Shown here: positions 33,221 through 46,955 of the stretch, in pieces | Position numbering within the stretch: position 1 is the first letter of the stretch | Layout: every line of letters begins with the position of its first letter | NCBI GenBank assembly: GCA_001179505.1 | Contig: CDMY01000532.1 | Coordinates: 1-56,771, forward strand | Length of the DNA stretch: 56,771 bases | Origin: Vitrella brassicaformis CCMP3155 | Taxonomy: Eukaryota > Protista > Chromerida | Direction: 5' to 3' | Made by a program: the position numbers and the translations under genes | The notes under the pieces: generated by a model | Databases searched by the model: none | What the model saw: the letters and a program-made list of their open reading frames with translations, nothing else | Told to the model about the DNA's origin: nothing

Positions 33221-35021
33221 ATATGAGAACCACACACGCCCTCCCCCCCCCCACACACACACACCTGGCCGAACATCTCTTGTGGGTTCCCCTGTCCCGC
33301 CGCGGCCACCGGGCTCGGCGTGGGGAACTGCTGCCCTCCTCCTGAGAGAGTGGCTGCTGGGGTGGCCATGGTGGGCGACGGGTTTGGGGCCATCATCGAC
33401 GCCGAGGCCTTCTGGGTCACCAGCACATCCTCGTAGGTCTGCATCACGGAGAGAGAGAGAGAGAGAGAGAGAGTGGTGGTGGGGGGGTCAGGGGGGCTGG
33501 CTGACCATGGCGTGTTCGTCGCTGCTTGACACGATCTGTCAAACCATCAAATCACACACACACACTGCTTCCCTCTCTCTCTGTCTCTCTCTCTCTCTTT
33601 GTGTGTGTGTGTGTGTGTGGTAGGTGGCGGACGCGGACCGTGTCATACGGCCAGACGTCGCCCTCGGTGTGGATCTTCATGTCGTGCAGGCCGTGACGCT
33701 CATAATGACGACTGAAGAACCAACCAACCACACACACAGAGGAAGTTAGGGAAGGGGCGTGGTAGGCTGTGGTAGGCCATAGGTACCGGATGTAGATCTC
33801 CATTGCGAGTCTCCTGACGCGCTTGTTGGTGTGCGCCAAGATGCTGATCAGCGAGTCGTCTGGACAGCTCGACACTGTTGACACACACAACAACCACCCA
33901 ATGCACCCTCTCTCCCTCCCTCTCTCTCTCCCTGCTGATGTGGCCATCACCCACACACACACACAGACACACACACAGACACAGACACACACACACGCAC
34001 TTACCGTCATTGAGGAGGGCGTTGATCTCGTTGCCTCTCCTGCCAGGGCTGCCCATGGTGGATCCTTCGTAGGACACCAGCCCACCAGCCGTCCCGGTCA
34101 GCCCGGCGCCAGGGGTGGTGGGGGCCTTGTCCCTGCTCTCACCCGCAGAACCCTCCGCCAACGCCTGATGGATTCGGGGAGAGAGACGGGCACACACAGC
34201 ACTCTCTCTCTCTCTGTGTGTGTGTGTGTGTCGGGTGGCTGCGGGGGTGGGTGGTGGTGGTTACGATGAGTTTTTGCTCGAGCAGAGCGGTTCGCTCTTC
34301 GAATGGCTTCTGCTTCTTTGTCAAGAGAAGCTGACGCGCCCGCAGGGACACCTGGGCAGAGAAACACACACACACAGAGAGAGACAGACAGACAGACACA
34401 ATAATGGTGTGGTGTGGTGTCGTGTGGTGTGGATCTCACTCACCCCAGAGTACTCAGGCCGCGACAGGTTAGACAGCCGCTGCAGCGACTCGTGCAGCAT
34501 AGTCAGGTGCTCCATGAAACCTACAACACACACAACACACGCGCACACACATTCGCAACCTCCCTCCCTCCCTCCCTGTGTATGTGTGTATGTGTGTGTG
34601 TGTGTGAGGCTCAATGAATAGCTGGCTCACTTGGGCTTTTGCGGATGTGCTCGAGTATGGCCTGGATGAGCTTGACCCTGGCCTGCAGGCCCTGGTGCGA
34701 ACGGGCATACGTCAAAAGCTTCGGAACACCATATCTGCACACACACACACACACACACACACAAATGGCGCGCTCTCTCTCTCTCTCTCTCTGTGGTGGG
34801 AGGAGGGAGGAGGGGGGGAAGGGGTCATGTCATTCCACTCGGCTCGCCCTCACTGGATGCGCTTGCTCTGCAGCACTTTGGGCGCCATGTCAGCGGTGGT
34901 CTCGTGGAAGAGCTCCTCCACCTCCGAGAAGGTGTTCATGATGTCGTTGAGGGTCGCCGCCGCCGCCGCCAACAGCCCGTTCTCAAACCTGCTCGTCGGT
35001 CGCACACACCACACACGACGA

Positions 35022-35056
<35 letters not shown>

Positions 35057-36527
35057 TGGGTGTGTGAGCTGACGCTGACTTGCTCATGAGGTTGAGCAGC
35101 GGCTGAAGGGCCGCCTGGTTGAGCGTCAGCCCGGCGTAGTCCGGGGCACTCTGCTTCTTCAAGAAACCGTCTAGCGCACCGCGGATGGCCTAACACACAC
35201 ACACACAGAGAGAGAGAGATAGATAGAGAGACCGTGTGTGTGGTGTGGCGGGGGGCAGCCCACTCACTGACCTCTATGGGCAGCCCACTCCCGGGCCTCT
35301 TGACGACCTCGTAAATGTTTTCCTCGGCCGCGTCTTTGGAGCCACTCTGACATCCACACACACACACACAGACAGAGAGAGAGAGAGGGAGGGCGAGATT
35401 AGTGTGATGTGTTGATGTGTCTGTGTCTGTGGTGGGCGGCTTACCACCGCACTGTTGACGAGCTGCTTGATCTGGGCGGAAAGCTCCTCGGGCAGTTGCG
35501 AATCTGTCAAGACGCACCCACCGCACACAGACATACTCTCTCTAAGTGAGTGTGGTGTGGTGTGGTGTGGTGGTGTGGTGGTGCTGGTCTGGGACTACAG
35601 GTCGCACCTACCGATGACCGACATGCACTCCTGCGTCTCCCAGAAGGGAATGTCGCCGTCAAAGAGGTGACGGTGGAACTGATTAGATTGACCCACACAC
35701 CACACCACACCACAGGCAAATCTCTCTCTCTCTGTGGTGGTAAGTCGGTCGGTCTGCACACCTACCTCTTGCAGTGCGGCGGTGGCGTCGTCGGGGTCCA
35801 CCGAGTAGCCGTCCAGCACACAACGGAGCTTGAACAGCGAGTCGCGATACTCCCTGATGACACACACACACACATACACACACACATACACACACACACA
35901 CACACAGAGAGAGAGAGCTCACCTGAGAGGGTTGTTGACTGTCTGTCCGTCGTGAATCTGCGGCGCCTTGGCGGGGAAGCTGCCCAGGTAAGAAACGATC
36001 TTCTGGACCTGCAGCAACCCCCCCCCCCCCCCNNNNNNNNNNNNNNNNNNNNNNNNNNNNNNNNNNNNNNNNNNNNNNNNNNNNNNNNNNNNNNNNNNNN
36101 NNNNNNNNNNNNNNNNNNNNNNNNNNNNNNNNNNNNNNNNNNNNNNNNNNNNNNNNNNNNNNNNNNNNNNNNNNNNNNNNNNNNNNNNNNNNNNNNNNNN
36201 NNNNNNNNNNNNNNNNNNNNNNNNNNNNNNNNNNNNNNNNNNNNNNNNNNNNNNNNNNNNNNNNNNNNNNNNNNNNNNNNNNNNNNNNNNNNNNNNNNNN
36301 NNNNNNNNNNNNNNNNNNNNNNNNNNNNNNNNCAACCCCCCCCCCCCCCCCACACACACATACACACAGAGAGAGAGAGAGAGATAGATGTGTTCCTCGG
36401 CCCTCTCTCTGCTGTGGCTTGTGTGTGTGTGTGTGGCCTGGCGCCAGGAGGCCCTCACCTGCACACCCTCCGGCAGCTCGAGCGTCGCCAGCAGATCGCC
36501 CGCAGCAAACACCGCTCCCTCACTCTG

Positions 36528-36565
<38 letters not shown>

Positions 36566-39188
36566 TTGCAGCCAACACACACACTGCGCCAACCTCCCCC
36601 CACCCAGAGCAGCGGAGCGCACCAGTGCGTGTGTGATCTTGCCCTGCTGGCCGTCGAGCTTGAGCTGCATGTACATCTTCATGATCTCGATCTCGCAGTA
36701 GAACTGGCCCTGCCCCACGTGACTGTTGTTGGGCACCAGCCAGCGTACCAGCTTGCCGCCCACGGGGGCCCGGACCTGGGTGGGGTCGACCTCGTGGGTG
36801 AAGGTGACGGTGGAGCCTTCGAAGGTGACGCGGATGCCGGTGGCGTCCTCCTTGCAGTAGACCATCCTGCTCTTGCCGTCGAAGCCTGCACACACACATG
36901 TGTGTGTGAAGGGTGTGTGGGTGTGTGGGTGTGTGTGTGTTTGTGGGTACCTCCGCTGACAACGACTTTGAAGCCCTTGTCGCTGCTGCCGCCCCCTGCC
37001 TGTGTGTCGGGGGTCTCCACCACAGCCACGTGGCGAAAGGTCGCCTCGACGTGGCGGTCGTTGAGACGCAGTGTGATCTGTCAACCACACACACACACAC
37101 ACACACATGGAGAGAGAGAGAGAGTGTGTGTGTGTGGTGGGTGTGATGATTTGGCTGGTTACTTGGTTGGGGCCGGAGTAGGTGCAGAGGAGGGTGAACT
37201 TCTGCTGGTGGTGGACGAGGTTGCACTGGTACTCAGTCGACAGGCCCGGCGGCAGCTGCCCTTGACCCACCTGCACACACACACCGACACACTTTAGCAG
37301 TTCCCTCTCCCCCTCTGTTGTGTCTGTGTGGCCAGGCCCACAGACCTTCTTGGTAAACTCCTCCTCCGACTCTCTGAAGTACCGTGAGGCCTCATAGAGC
37401 GCCCCCAGCATCACAGCCGTCAGCAGGGTGTGGCTGGCACTGCTGTTGGGCTCCACAGCCTGGCCATGGCCACATACAGCCCAGCCACCACACGCAGAGA
37501 GAGAGACATCAGGGGTGCTGGGGCTGGTGCGAGGCAGGGGAGAGGGACGGAAATGACTGACTGACCTTGGTGAGGGCCAGTGGCGGCTGTGCGGCGGAGT
37601 TTTGGAGGTGCTCGCGGAAGGAGGGCGACTCGAGCCAGGTTGTCCAGGTGGTATTCTCACTGACCACACACACCACCCACACACACACCACACAATGGTT
37701 CTCTCTCTCTGTCTGTCTGTGGAGGTGGAGGGGGGTTGCTTGCCGACATGTAGTGGGGGTGCTCGAGGATGCGGATCAGCGACTCTATGTTCGTGCGGAT
37801 CTCACCACGGACCTGTACACAGCCACACCCACACACACACACGCTCTGCCTCTCTCTCTCCGCTGTCTGTGACCACCATTTCCCCAACCAACTAACTCAC
37901 AGTGAGGTTTTTGAGCGACATGATGAGATAGTTCCGCGCCTCCTCGCGTGTGGGGCCGGTCGCAAAGACGTGACCAAACTGATAGACAATTGGTGACGAC
38001 ACAACCAACCAGCCAAGGATGGATGCGCCACAGTCTGTGTGTGTGTGTGTGTGTGTAGGGCCGTGACGTGCCTGTGAGTCGGCATAAGCATGTATGCGCC
38101 CCGAGGTGCCGATGGAGAAGTAGGCCCACACGTGGGGGGACGAGCGGAAGGAGATCTCGTGAACCGCACCTGTCGTGGGGCGGAAACCCTACACACACAC
38201 ACACAGAGAGAGAGAGAGAGCGTGTGTCTGTCGTGTGTGTGTTGGGGGGGGGGGGGGGGGGGGGGNNNNNNNNNNNNNNNNNNNNNNNNNNNNNNNNNNN
38301 NNNNNNNNNNNNNNNNNNNNNNNNNNNNNNNNNNNNNNNNNNNNNNNNNNNNNNNNNNNNNNNNNNNNNNNNNNNNNNNNNNNNNNNNNNNNNNNNNNNN
38401 NNNNNNNNNNNNNNNNNNNNNNNNNNNNNNNNNNNNNNNNNNNNNNNNNNNNNNNNNNNNNNNNNNNNNNNNNNNNNNNNNNNNNNNNNNNNNNNNNNNN
38501 NNNNNNNNNNNNNNNNNNNNNNNNNNNNNNNNNNNNNNNNNNNNNNNNNNNNNNNNNNNNNNNNNGGGGGGGGGGGGGGGGCTTGTGGTTGTGTGTTGTG
38601 TTGGGGTGTGTCTGGTCACTTCAAGGAAGTAGTATTGGTTCTTAGCCGGGTCGTAGAGGAACTCCACTGTGCCCGCGTTGGTGTAGCCCACCTGATCATT
38701 GAACGCACCATGGTCTCTCTCCCTCCCTCCCTCCCTCCCTCCCGACACTCTCTCTGTGTGTGTCTGTGTCTGTAACGGTGCTGACCGCCTTAGCGAGCCT
38801 GCAGGCGGCGTCCTCCATCTCCTGGACGACATGTCTCGCTGCGATGACGGCCGGCCCCTCCTCGATGATCTTCTGGTGGCGCCGCTGGATGCTGCAGTCC
38901 CTGCTGCCCAAAGACACCACCGTGCCGTGGAGGTCTGCAAAGACCTGCACTTCCAGGTGCCTGTGGTTTGGTCAGACACACAGAGAGACAGACAGTTTGG
39001 CTTGTGCGAATGGTTCTTCTCATTCTCTCTGTCTCTCTGTGTGTGTCTGTGGGGGAGGGGGAGGGGAAAGGCACCTGCACTTGGTGACGAGCTGCATGAC
39101 GAAGACGGTTGCACCCTTGACCTCGTTGACCACCTGGTGGAAGTTGCTCGTCACCTCCTCCGCCTTGTGGCACATCCTGACATCCACA

Positions 39189-39227
<39 letters not shown>

Positions 39228-40719
39228 GAGGGGCGTGTCAGGGGGCAAGAGTGTGGTGTGGGTACGCACCGGATGCCTTTGCCGCCGCCGCCCTCTGCGG
39301 CCTTGAGCATGACGGGGAAGCCGATGCGCTCACACACGGCCAGCGCCTGAGATCCACAGACACACACACAGAGAGAGAAAGAGAGATCGTCATGAAGCAG
39401 AGACAAACACCCAACCCCACCTTCACATACCTCCTTGCCCGTCTTGACACAGGCCCTCTTGATGATCTCGACAGAGAGATCCTTGGGGTTGACGTCCGGC
39501 GGCAGCGTCACGCCGTCGCCCGACCAAGGAACACACGACACCTTGGCCGTCTGAGCGATTATCGTTGACCTGCACACAGACAGCCAGACAGACAGACAGG
39601 CAGGGAGGCTTGTGTGTGTGTGTCTGTCTGTCGTCTCGTCTGTGTGTGGTGGGGTGTGCGTGTGAATGAAAGGTACCCACCCGATTTTGTCTCCGAGACA
39701 GAGCATGGAGTTGGGGTTGGGGCCGATCCACACGATGTCGCGCTTGGAGTTCTCTATCAACTACACCACACAAGACAAAGAGACAGAGAGAGAGAGAGAG
39801 GGGATCATCGAGGGGCTGGCTCATTGCGTGCGCTGCGTCCCCCCCTCCCTCTCCCTCTCTCATCCCACCCAACGCCAGTACCTGTGGGAGCTTGAAGTTC
39901 TCTGAGGCATGCCCCCATCCGGGCCACACCGCGTCACAGCCATACTCCTCCGCAACCTTACCACACACACACGCACACACACAGAGATCAGCTTGTCTGG
40001 TCTGGTTTGTCGTTTGTGGCTGGCTGCGGGGGTAGGCTTGGTTTGTTGTGTTCACTCACCTGAACGATGAGCTGTAGGTTGGCGTAGTTGTTGTTGTTCG
40101 GCCCGCCCGGGACCTCCACGAAGATGTCGGCCTCGCTGATGAACTCGGCGCCAGCCTCGATGTCGTCCAACGTCGCCATCACAACAAACTGATGACACAA
40201 TCAGATCAGCCGACCACCCCACCACACCCACCCCATCCATCCATCCAGGCAGCCCAGCCATCCAGGCAGCAGTCGTCTCTGTCTGTGTCTGACTCACCTC
40301 CACTTCTCTCTCGTGGCAGAAGGTGGCGTACGACCACGCCCGGATGGAGCGAATCGCCTGCATGCAACACACGCATCACACCCACATAAAGACAACACAC
40401 ACACACACACTCTCTCGTGTCGGCCCCACGCCCAGCCGAGCCCTCCGCACCTTGATGGCCGCATTGCCGTTGTTGGCGATGAGAATCCTCTTCAGTGCGC
40501 GGTTTCCCCCTTTGGCCTGACACACACACATCATTGTGTGTGTGGTGCTCTCTGTGCTGCAGCCACAGGTCGGTGAGTGGGGTGGGTACCTACCTTGACA
40601 AACTCGTCGAGGCGCCCTTGGCTGCCTTTCACCTCTGCTGCCTCGGGGGCGTGCTGGCCGCCCTGCCGCTGCCCGTTGGTCGCCATGGTGGTGTCCGCAG
40701 AGGGGGCGGGCAATGGCAT
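24363..40719 (-). CDS. ACC: Multidomain eukaryotic acetyl-CoA carboxylase (BC-BCCP-central-CT), dozens of introns, spans five gaps
   Basis: [51 protein letters not shown], biotinylation motif [76 protein letters not shown]. Start ATG at 40719 or 40686; stop TAG at 24363-24365. Confidence 0.98.
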
Positions 40720-41216
40720 ACGCCTGGCAGCAGTGGTGGTGGCGGCGTCAGTAGTGTCACTGTCGCTGTGCTTCAAGACGTCAAGGCAACACCCACACAC
40801 GGCACCCGTCGTGTGTGTGTTGCTTGTAGTGTGCGGATCAGCAGATCAGCAGGCCAGGCCAGATGAGCAGATCAGGCCAGATGAGCAGATGAGCAGATCC
40901 GGAGATGGCAGAGATCCGCCGGCTGGTTGCCGTAATGTCAGCTGCGGAAGCGCCTTTCCGCCCCTCTCCTCTCCCCGGCTAAGCTCGCAGAGGGGCTGTG
41001 AAACTGCTCGTAGCTGTGCTGTGTGCAGGGCAGATGCCGCGATGAAGAGTGGTGTGTGCTGCCTGTATCGGCGTTGTGAGATCTGAGATGAGAATGGCTT
41101 CGGCGGGCTGAGTTTATTCGGTTGTGTCAATCAGAACTTCCGCTCTCCGCCGTGCTCTCGGCTCAATGAGCCAAGATCTCCGCCATGATTGGTGATCTGA
41201 CCGGCTGAGTTGAGCG

Positions 41217-41607
41217 ATGGCGGGTTTTGCTGCTGGTGAGGTGCAGATGGTCACAGCGGCGGAGATCCTCTCGTCGCTGGCAGATCACCCAAACAACCCT
41301 CACAAGGCGCTCGCCGCCTTCGACAGGCTGACCCAGGCACTCCAGACGGGTTCAACACGAGTGCTGCAGGTGAGCAGAGCGGTGCATTGGACCTTGAATG
41401 GATGTGTGTGTCGGTGGTGTGTGTGCTGCAGGAGTTGGAGTTGGTATCTCATTCGTCGAGCGTCGAGAGGCTGCTGCAGCTGTGCGTGCTGGTCCTCACA
41501 CAGACGCACAACCCCCACTCCCGCGTCGTTGCTGGCAGGTAGGGTACGGTATATATGTCCACACGGGCGTGTGTCCGCCAGCCAGCCAGCCAGACACCTA
41601 CACTCAC

Positions 41608-41661
<54 letters not shown>

Positions 41662-43951
41662 CATCGTCCGCCGGTTAGTGCGCGAGCGGTGGGCAGCGAT
41701 TGCGCCTTCTCACCGGATTGACGTGCTGCGTGAGCTCGCCAAGTCCCTCTCTGCTGACGCCACGAACAGCACCACCACCAGCAGCACCACGAACAGCAGC
41801 AGCACCACTAAGGAGGTGCTTCTCACCTGCGGCATCTGGTGGAAGAAGGCCCTGTGCGAGGCGGCGAGCGACGAGGAGAGAAACGTCTATTGGGGCATGC
41901 TGCAGACGGCCATCGACGAGGGCTACAAGAAGCACGACCACACTGGTCAGCAGATGATGGCTTTGGCGCACCAGCTGGCAGCTCAGGTCGACTCGGCCGA
42001 CATCGGCCGCATCTCGGTCACCCACGCGCAGCACACCGCACTGCACACGACCTTCGCGGCTACATACCTGCCGCCACTGCTGGTCGCCGCCACGAGCAGG
42101 CTCTGCCATGCCCTGCGCCAGACGCCGGCTCTATTCTCTTCCCCAGCGCTGTCGCCTTATATCGACGCCCTCTCTCTTGCTCTCCACTGGGGGAGAGGAG
42201 ACTCCGACTCGGTGAGGATCTTCAGCCCTCCTGCCGACTGGGCGCCTCTCATTCTCGGCAAGGAGGACGGGAAGAGCCCACAGCCCCAACAGCCCCAGCA
42301 GCCCCAGCCCCAGTCGGTGCCAGAGCTCGGCCTGTTCGAGCTGGTGCTCCGCTGCTACGATATGGTCCGCCCGACGGCCGCCGTCGAAACCACAAACAAC
42401 AATAGTGTCACGCGAGCCGCCCACTTCACTCGGCTCAAGGAGTGCCTGGTCGTCCTGATGGCCTTCAGACCGACCAACGCGTTGGTGGACAGACTGGGGG
42501 GGAGGGAGAGGGTGCATGGCTCGGGGGAGGGGGGCGTGGTGGCTTACCTCTTCCGCGCGCTGGTGCGGCTGTTCGAGAGCTCGTTGTATGTGCGTGCGAG
42601 GCGGGAGGGTGCGTGTGGCGCGGGGGGGACGGTGGCTGTGATGGAGGTCGTGGCTTTGTGCCACGGGCTGGACGTGCTGGCGCCACAGCTGGTGGCGGGA
42701 GGGGGCGGCCTGTTTGGCAACGTGATGGACGACGCGGCATTGCAGACGCTCATACGGTGAGGGTGTGTGAGAGAGAGAGTGAGAGAGTGGCGCCCGACAA
42801 CCGACCTGTACTCATTATGGTGTGTGTGTCTGTCTGATTGTGTCAGAGTGACATTGGGTCTGCTCCAAGAGGACTACCACGAGGACTCTCTGCAGGCAGA
42901 GGCCCTCCAGCTCATAATGCAGGCGTGGGCCACCTGGGCCGACGCCCGGCCCCCCGCCGCCACCGCCAACTCCTCCTTCCCGCAGGCCTGTCACGCCCTA
43001 TTCCGGTCCTTCATAGCCGACGACCACAACGTCGTCAAGACGGCGGACGACACACTCGACCAGATGCCCGGCGTGGGGCTGCACTTCGACACCACTCACG
43101 GCCTGATCCACTCACAGCTGACGAGGATGGCCGCTGTGGGCCGGATGGACGCAGATCAGAGCAGCGAGGCTCTGCTGCGGCATCTGGGGGAGAGGGTGCG
43201 ACGGGCGCGTGTCGGTGTCGGTGTGGGTGTGAGTGTGGCGGAGAGGGAGAGGGAGGCGCTGCTTGACGGGCTTGACAACACGCTGCTGCTCGCGATGCAC
43301 TTTGTGAGCATTGCGGAGGACAGAACAGGTGTGGTGTGCGAGAGAGAGCTGGGCGTGCCAGTGCCACACACACACACACACGTGCCCATCTGTGTGTGTG
43401 TGTGTGTGTCCCTCTGTGTCGGCCATCAGACTTGATGCCGCTGCGTGTGAGCGTCCCGCCATCCCTGATCTCGCCCCCACACACCTTCACGCGCGTCAAG
43501 GGCCTCTTTGACACCGTGTGTCAGTACCTGCACACAGAGGTATCCGCCTGGCCATCCATGGTCCACTCACCGACACGCAATAGGTGTCTTGTGTTGTCAA
43601 CGCGCAGGCTACAGCGATGACACACCAGATGCAGCAGCAGAGGAGTGCTGGCGTGTGGGGTGGGGGCGGTGGTGCTGGTGGGGCGGCGGACGACGGTGAG
43701 CCACACACACACGCGCACAGACACACACATACAGAGAGAGAGAGAGAGATTCGTGTGTGTATGTGTGTGTGGATGTCAGTGTGCCCTCCCTCTCCGAAGG
43801 TGCTGAGCAGCGGTGTGCTGTTCCTCTTTCGGTTTGTCGTCACGTACGCCTTCAGCCCCGCCCTCCTCTCAGAACACCCCTCACAAAGTGGGCACGCACA
43901 CACGCACCACAGACACACGCACACCACTCACTCACGCCCAAACACACGAAC

Positions 43952-43984
<33 letters not shown>

Positions 43985-46679
43985 CAGGTGAGGTATCTGA
44001 GCTGGCGGCGCTGTCGCACCACTGGCTGGCCGAGGTGCTCTCCATCGCGTGTTCCTTCCTCTACCTATTGCCCAACGAGCTCTCCCTCGCACTCACATGC
44101 GCAAGGGCACTGCAGAGGCTCGCTATGCTCGACCGCGTCAAGGTGGGAGGGTGGGTTTGCCTCTAACCGCCACCTGGCATCCATCCATCCATCCATGTGT
44201 GTGTGGTGTAGGAGACACCTTTGGTGTGTGCCATGACGCGCACTCAGCCGTTTGGGCAGCTGCTGCAGCAAGTGCCGAGGCTCTGCTCGCGGGCGACCGT
44301 GCCGCACCCCTCTCCCTCGCCCCCCTCCACCCCCACCCCGCCAAAGACGCCCCCAGCTGTCGAACTGAGCAACCTCGCCACCGTGAGGCTCCTTCCTTGA
44401 TCCAGACGTGCAGACACCATTGTGTGCTGTGTGTTGGGTGTTGTGTGTTGGGTGTTGTGTGTTGTGTGTTGTGTGTTGTGTGTTGTGAGTCGTGTGGTGG
44501 GTGCAGGTGGACTCCAAAGTGCTAATTGTGCTCTTCTCCGCGCTCTCGAGTGCGATATGCGCGGCGCAGCATGAGCACGACAAGAGCGCCGGCACCGGGA
44601 TGGTCAACGGCAGCGGGGGAGCGCCCCACCCCATGCAGGAATTCCTCGCGAGATGCGACTGCATCAAAAGTCAGTCAGTCAGCCACATGGCCACTGACCC
44701 CTCCCTCTCCAACTCAGACCAGACGTGTGTCTTGGTCTTGGGTGTCTGTCACCAGGTGCCATAGAGGACCTCTGTCAGGGCCACGATTTCGTCGCGCATC
44801 GAGGCGGCCACCGCACGGCGGTGTATGCGCGTCTTCTGGCGATGCTGACGGGCATCGTCCGGGGCACCAGGGTGCACTTCGTGTGGCTCGTGGACTGGCT
44901 TGGGGGCTGGAGTGGGAGTGGGATGGGGATGGGGACGCTGCAGCTGGTGGTGCAGCTGACCACCATGGACAGGGGGTACATCATGTACCCCAATGTCGTG
45001 CTCAGGTGGGTGAAGGAGTGAGTGGGTGGACACACACGGAGAGAGAGATGGGTGGACAGGTGCACTGCGCGCGTGTGTGTGATGTGATTGCAGGACGATG
45101 AAGTTCGTCCTAGAGCTGTGCAAGGGCAATGTGGGTGCGCTGCGAGTCGAGCAGAGGGCGGCGCTGCTGCACGCCGTCTCAGCGCTGATCGAGAGCTTCG
45201 CATTGAAGTACAGAGACGTCAAGTCGGTATCCGACGACCAGGCGGCCATCTACAAGCTCGTTGACGCGGCCTTCAGGTGCCTGCCTTTCGTGCCCCTCCC
45301 CTCCCTCTCGCTGTGTGTGTTGGATTGGGTCGGGGGAATGTGTGTGTGTGTGTGTGTGTGTCTAGGTGTGTGCATCAGGTGCAGTGTGGCGAGTTCGTGG
45401 GCCACTATGAGAGCGATGAAACCTTCCAGCTGGCCATGGCCGCCACGCACCTGATGGGCCCCTTCCTGACACACCTCACGCAGTCCCACAAGTAATGACC
45501 TCCTGGTGGTTGTTGCGTGGTTGCATTGCCTGTGGAGGGATGGAGGGATGGATTTGTGTGTGTAGGGCGTGTGTGTCGTTTCTGTGTGTGTTGGGCCATC
45601 TAGTGGACCACCACTGCGACGCCCTCATCGCACAGACCACACCCCACCTCACCGTGCAGCTCGTCCACACGGTACACACAATCGCAGAACCCCTCCCTCC
45701 CTCCCTCCCTCCCTCCCTCCCCACCAACAGTTGTGTGTGTGTCAGGTACGCGACATTCTCCTGCTCGAGAGTGATGAGTCGCTCTCTGCAGCGTCCGGCC
45801 GGCAATCCCGGTCGCTCCGTGAGCAGGCGGCCTCTTGTGTGGAGGCCCTCACGGCGTTCGTCGCCCAATGGGAATGCCAGTCGTCCGGCCGTGAGACGGT
45901 CACCCCTGAGTCAGACCCCTTCTACCTCTTCGCCCAGGCGCAGGAGACCAGCGACGGCTTGTTCAATCCGAAGCTGCCGCTCCCACGGTAGCAATTGCCA
46001 CGTCCATCCATCCATCCATCGCTCTGCCACGGCTGTCTATGTGTGTGAAGGTCAACGAGCACGGCTGACCAGGAGGACTGTGGGAGCACGGCTAGCAACA
46101 AGCGGCTGCGGGGCGGCGTGGACAACGCCCGGAGCGTGCGGGTGGAGCTGCTGCGGGTGGGGGTATTGCTGGTGACCAAGGCGATCGACACGCGAGTCAC
46201 CAACCAAGTGTTGAAGGTGTACGGGTGGCTGGGCTATCGAATCTACGGCCTGGTGGTGGGGCTGGAGAGAGGGCCGCAGGAGTTCAAGGAAAAGATCTTG
46301 CAGGACGTTGCGGCGGTGAGTATGCCACACACAAAGACCACTCAAAGAGAGGCTACAGGTTACCTGCCTGTGTCTGTGTGTCTATGTGTGTCAGGGGCTG
46401 TCACGCCCGGCCAGTGCTGGCAACCTCCCTCCCCTGCACCACCCCCACCTCCCTCCGTCGCTCTCGCCCTCACTGGACGCCCTGCTCAACTCATGGACCC
46501 AGTGCTGGGCCACTCAGCACAATCATAACGGTGCACATGTCAGCAACGGCAATGGGCCCAACCACGTCCAGGCGCAACCGAAGGGCTCTCGGAGAGGCGT
46601 GGTTGATGGGCATGTGCGTGAGCGGGTCGCTGGTGCGTTTGATGTGTTCCACCAGGAGTGTCGGGGGCTGCTCAGCTGA
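41217..46679 (+). CDS. Large HEAT/ARM-repeat protein, probably importin-beta/exportin superfamily (exportin-4/7-like)
   Basis: Multi-exon, Leu/Ala-rich helical ORF from MAGFAAGEVQ to FHQECRGLLS*. The N-terminal IVRRLVRERW...GIWWKKA resembles a karyopherin N-terminus. Family assignment is by resemblance only. Confidence 0.55.
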
Positions 46680-46955
46680 GGCAGCACATGACGACATAGA
46701 TGACGACTCGGACAGGCAGCGATCGATGGTCTGTGGGGCCCTGGGGGGTAGGTGGTGTACTGTACAGAAAGACAGAGATTCTGAAGTAGAAGTCTCGTTT
46801 ACAGACCGCCGACAGGCGCAGCGATTGGATGCATTCAATTGCATGATATGGACCGTCTGAATGTCACCGAGTCACTTCTCGTGCACTCACTCCACACACC
46901 CCCAGTCATCTCCACACATCCACACACTGGCCACCACACACTTCGTCTCAGCCAC

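Larger units (their letters stand above)
5090..38565. other. Eight scaffold gaps of exactly 300 N
   Basis: 5090-5389, 6385-6684, 8498-8797, 26196-26495, 27378-27677, 29890-30189, 36033-36332 and 38266-38565. The fixed size implies placeholder lengths. Confidence 0.99.

Noticed and set aside
23000-46700. Many ORF-track entries rich in HTHT, VCVC, RERE and SLSL
   Set aside because: These are translations of intronic dinucleotide repeats or antisense frames of real exons.
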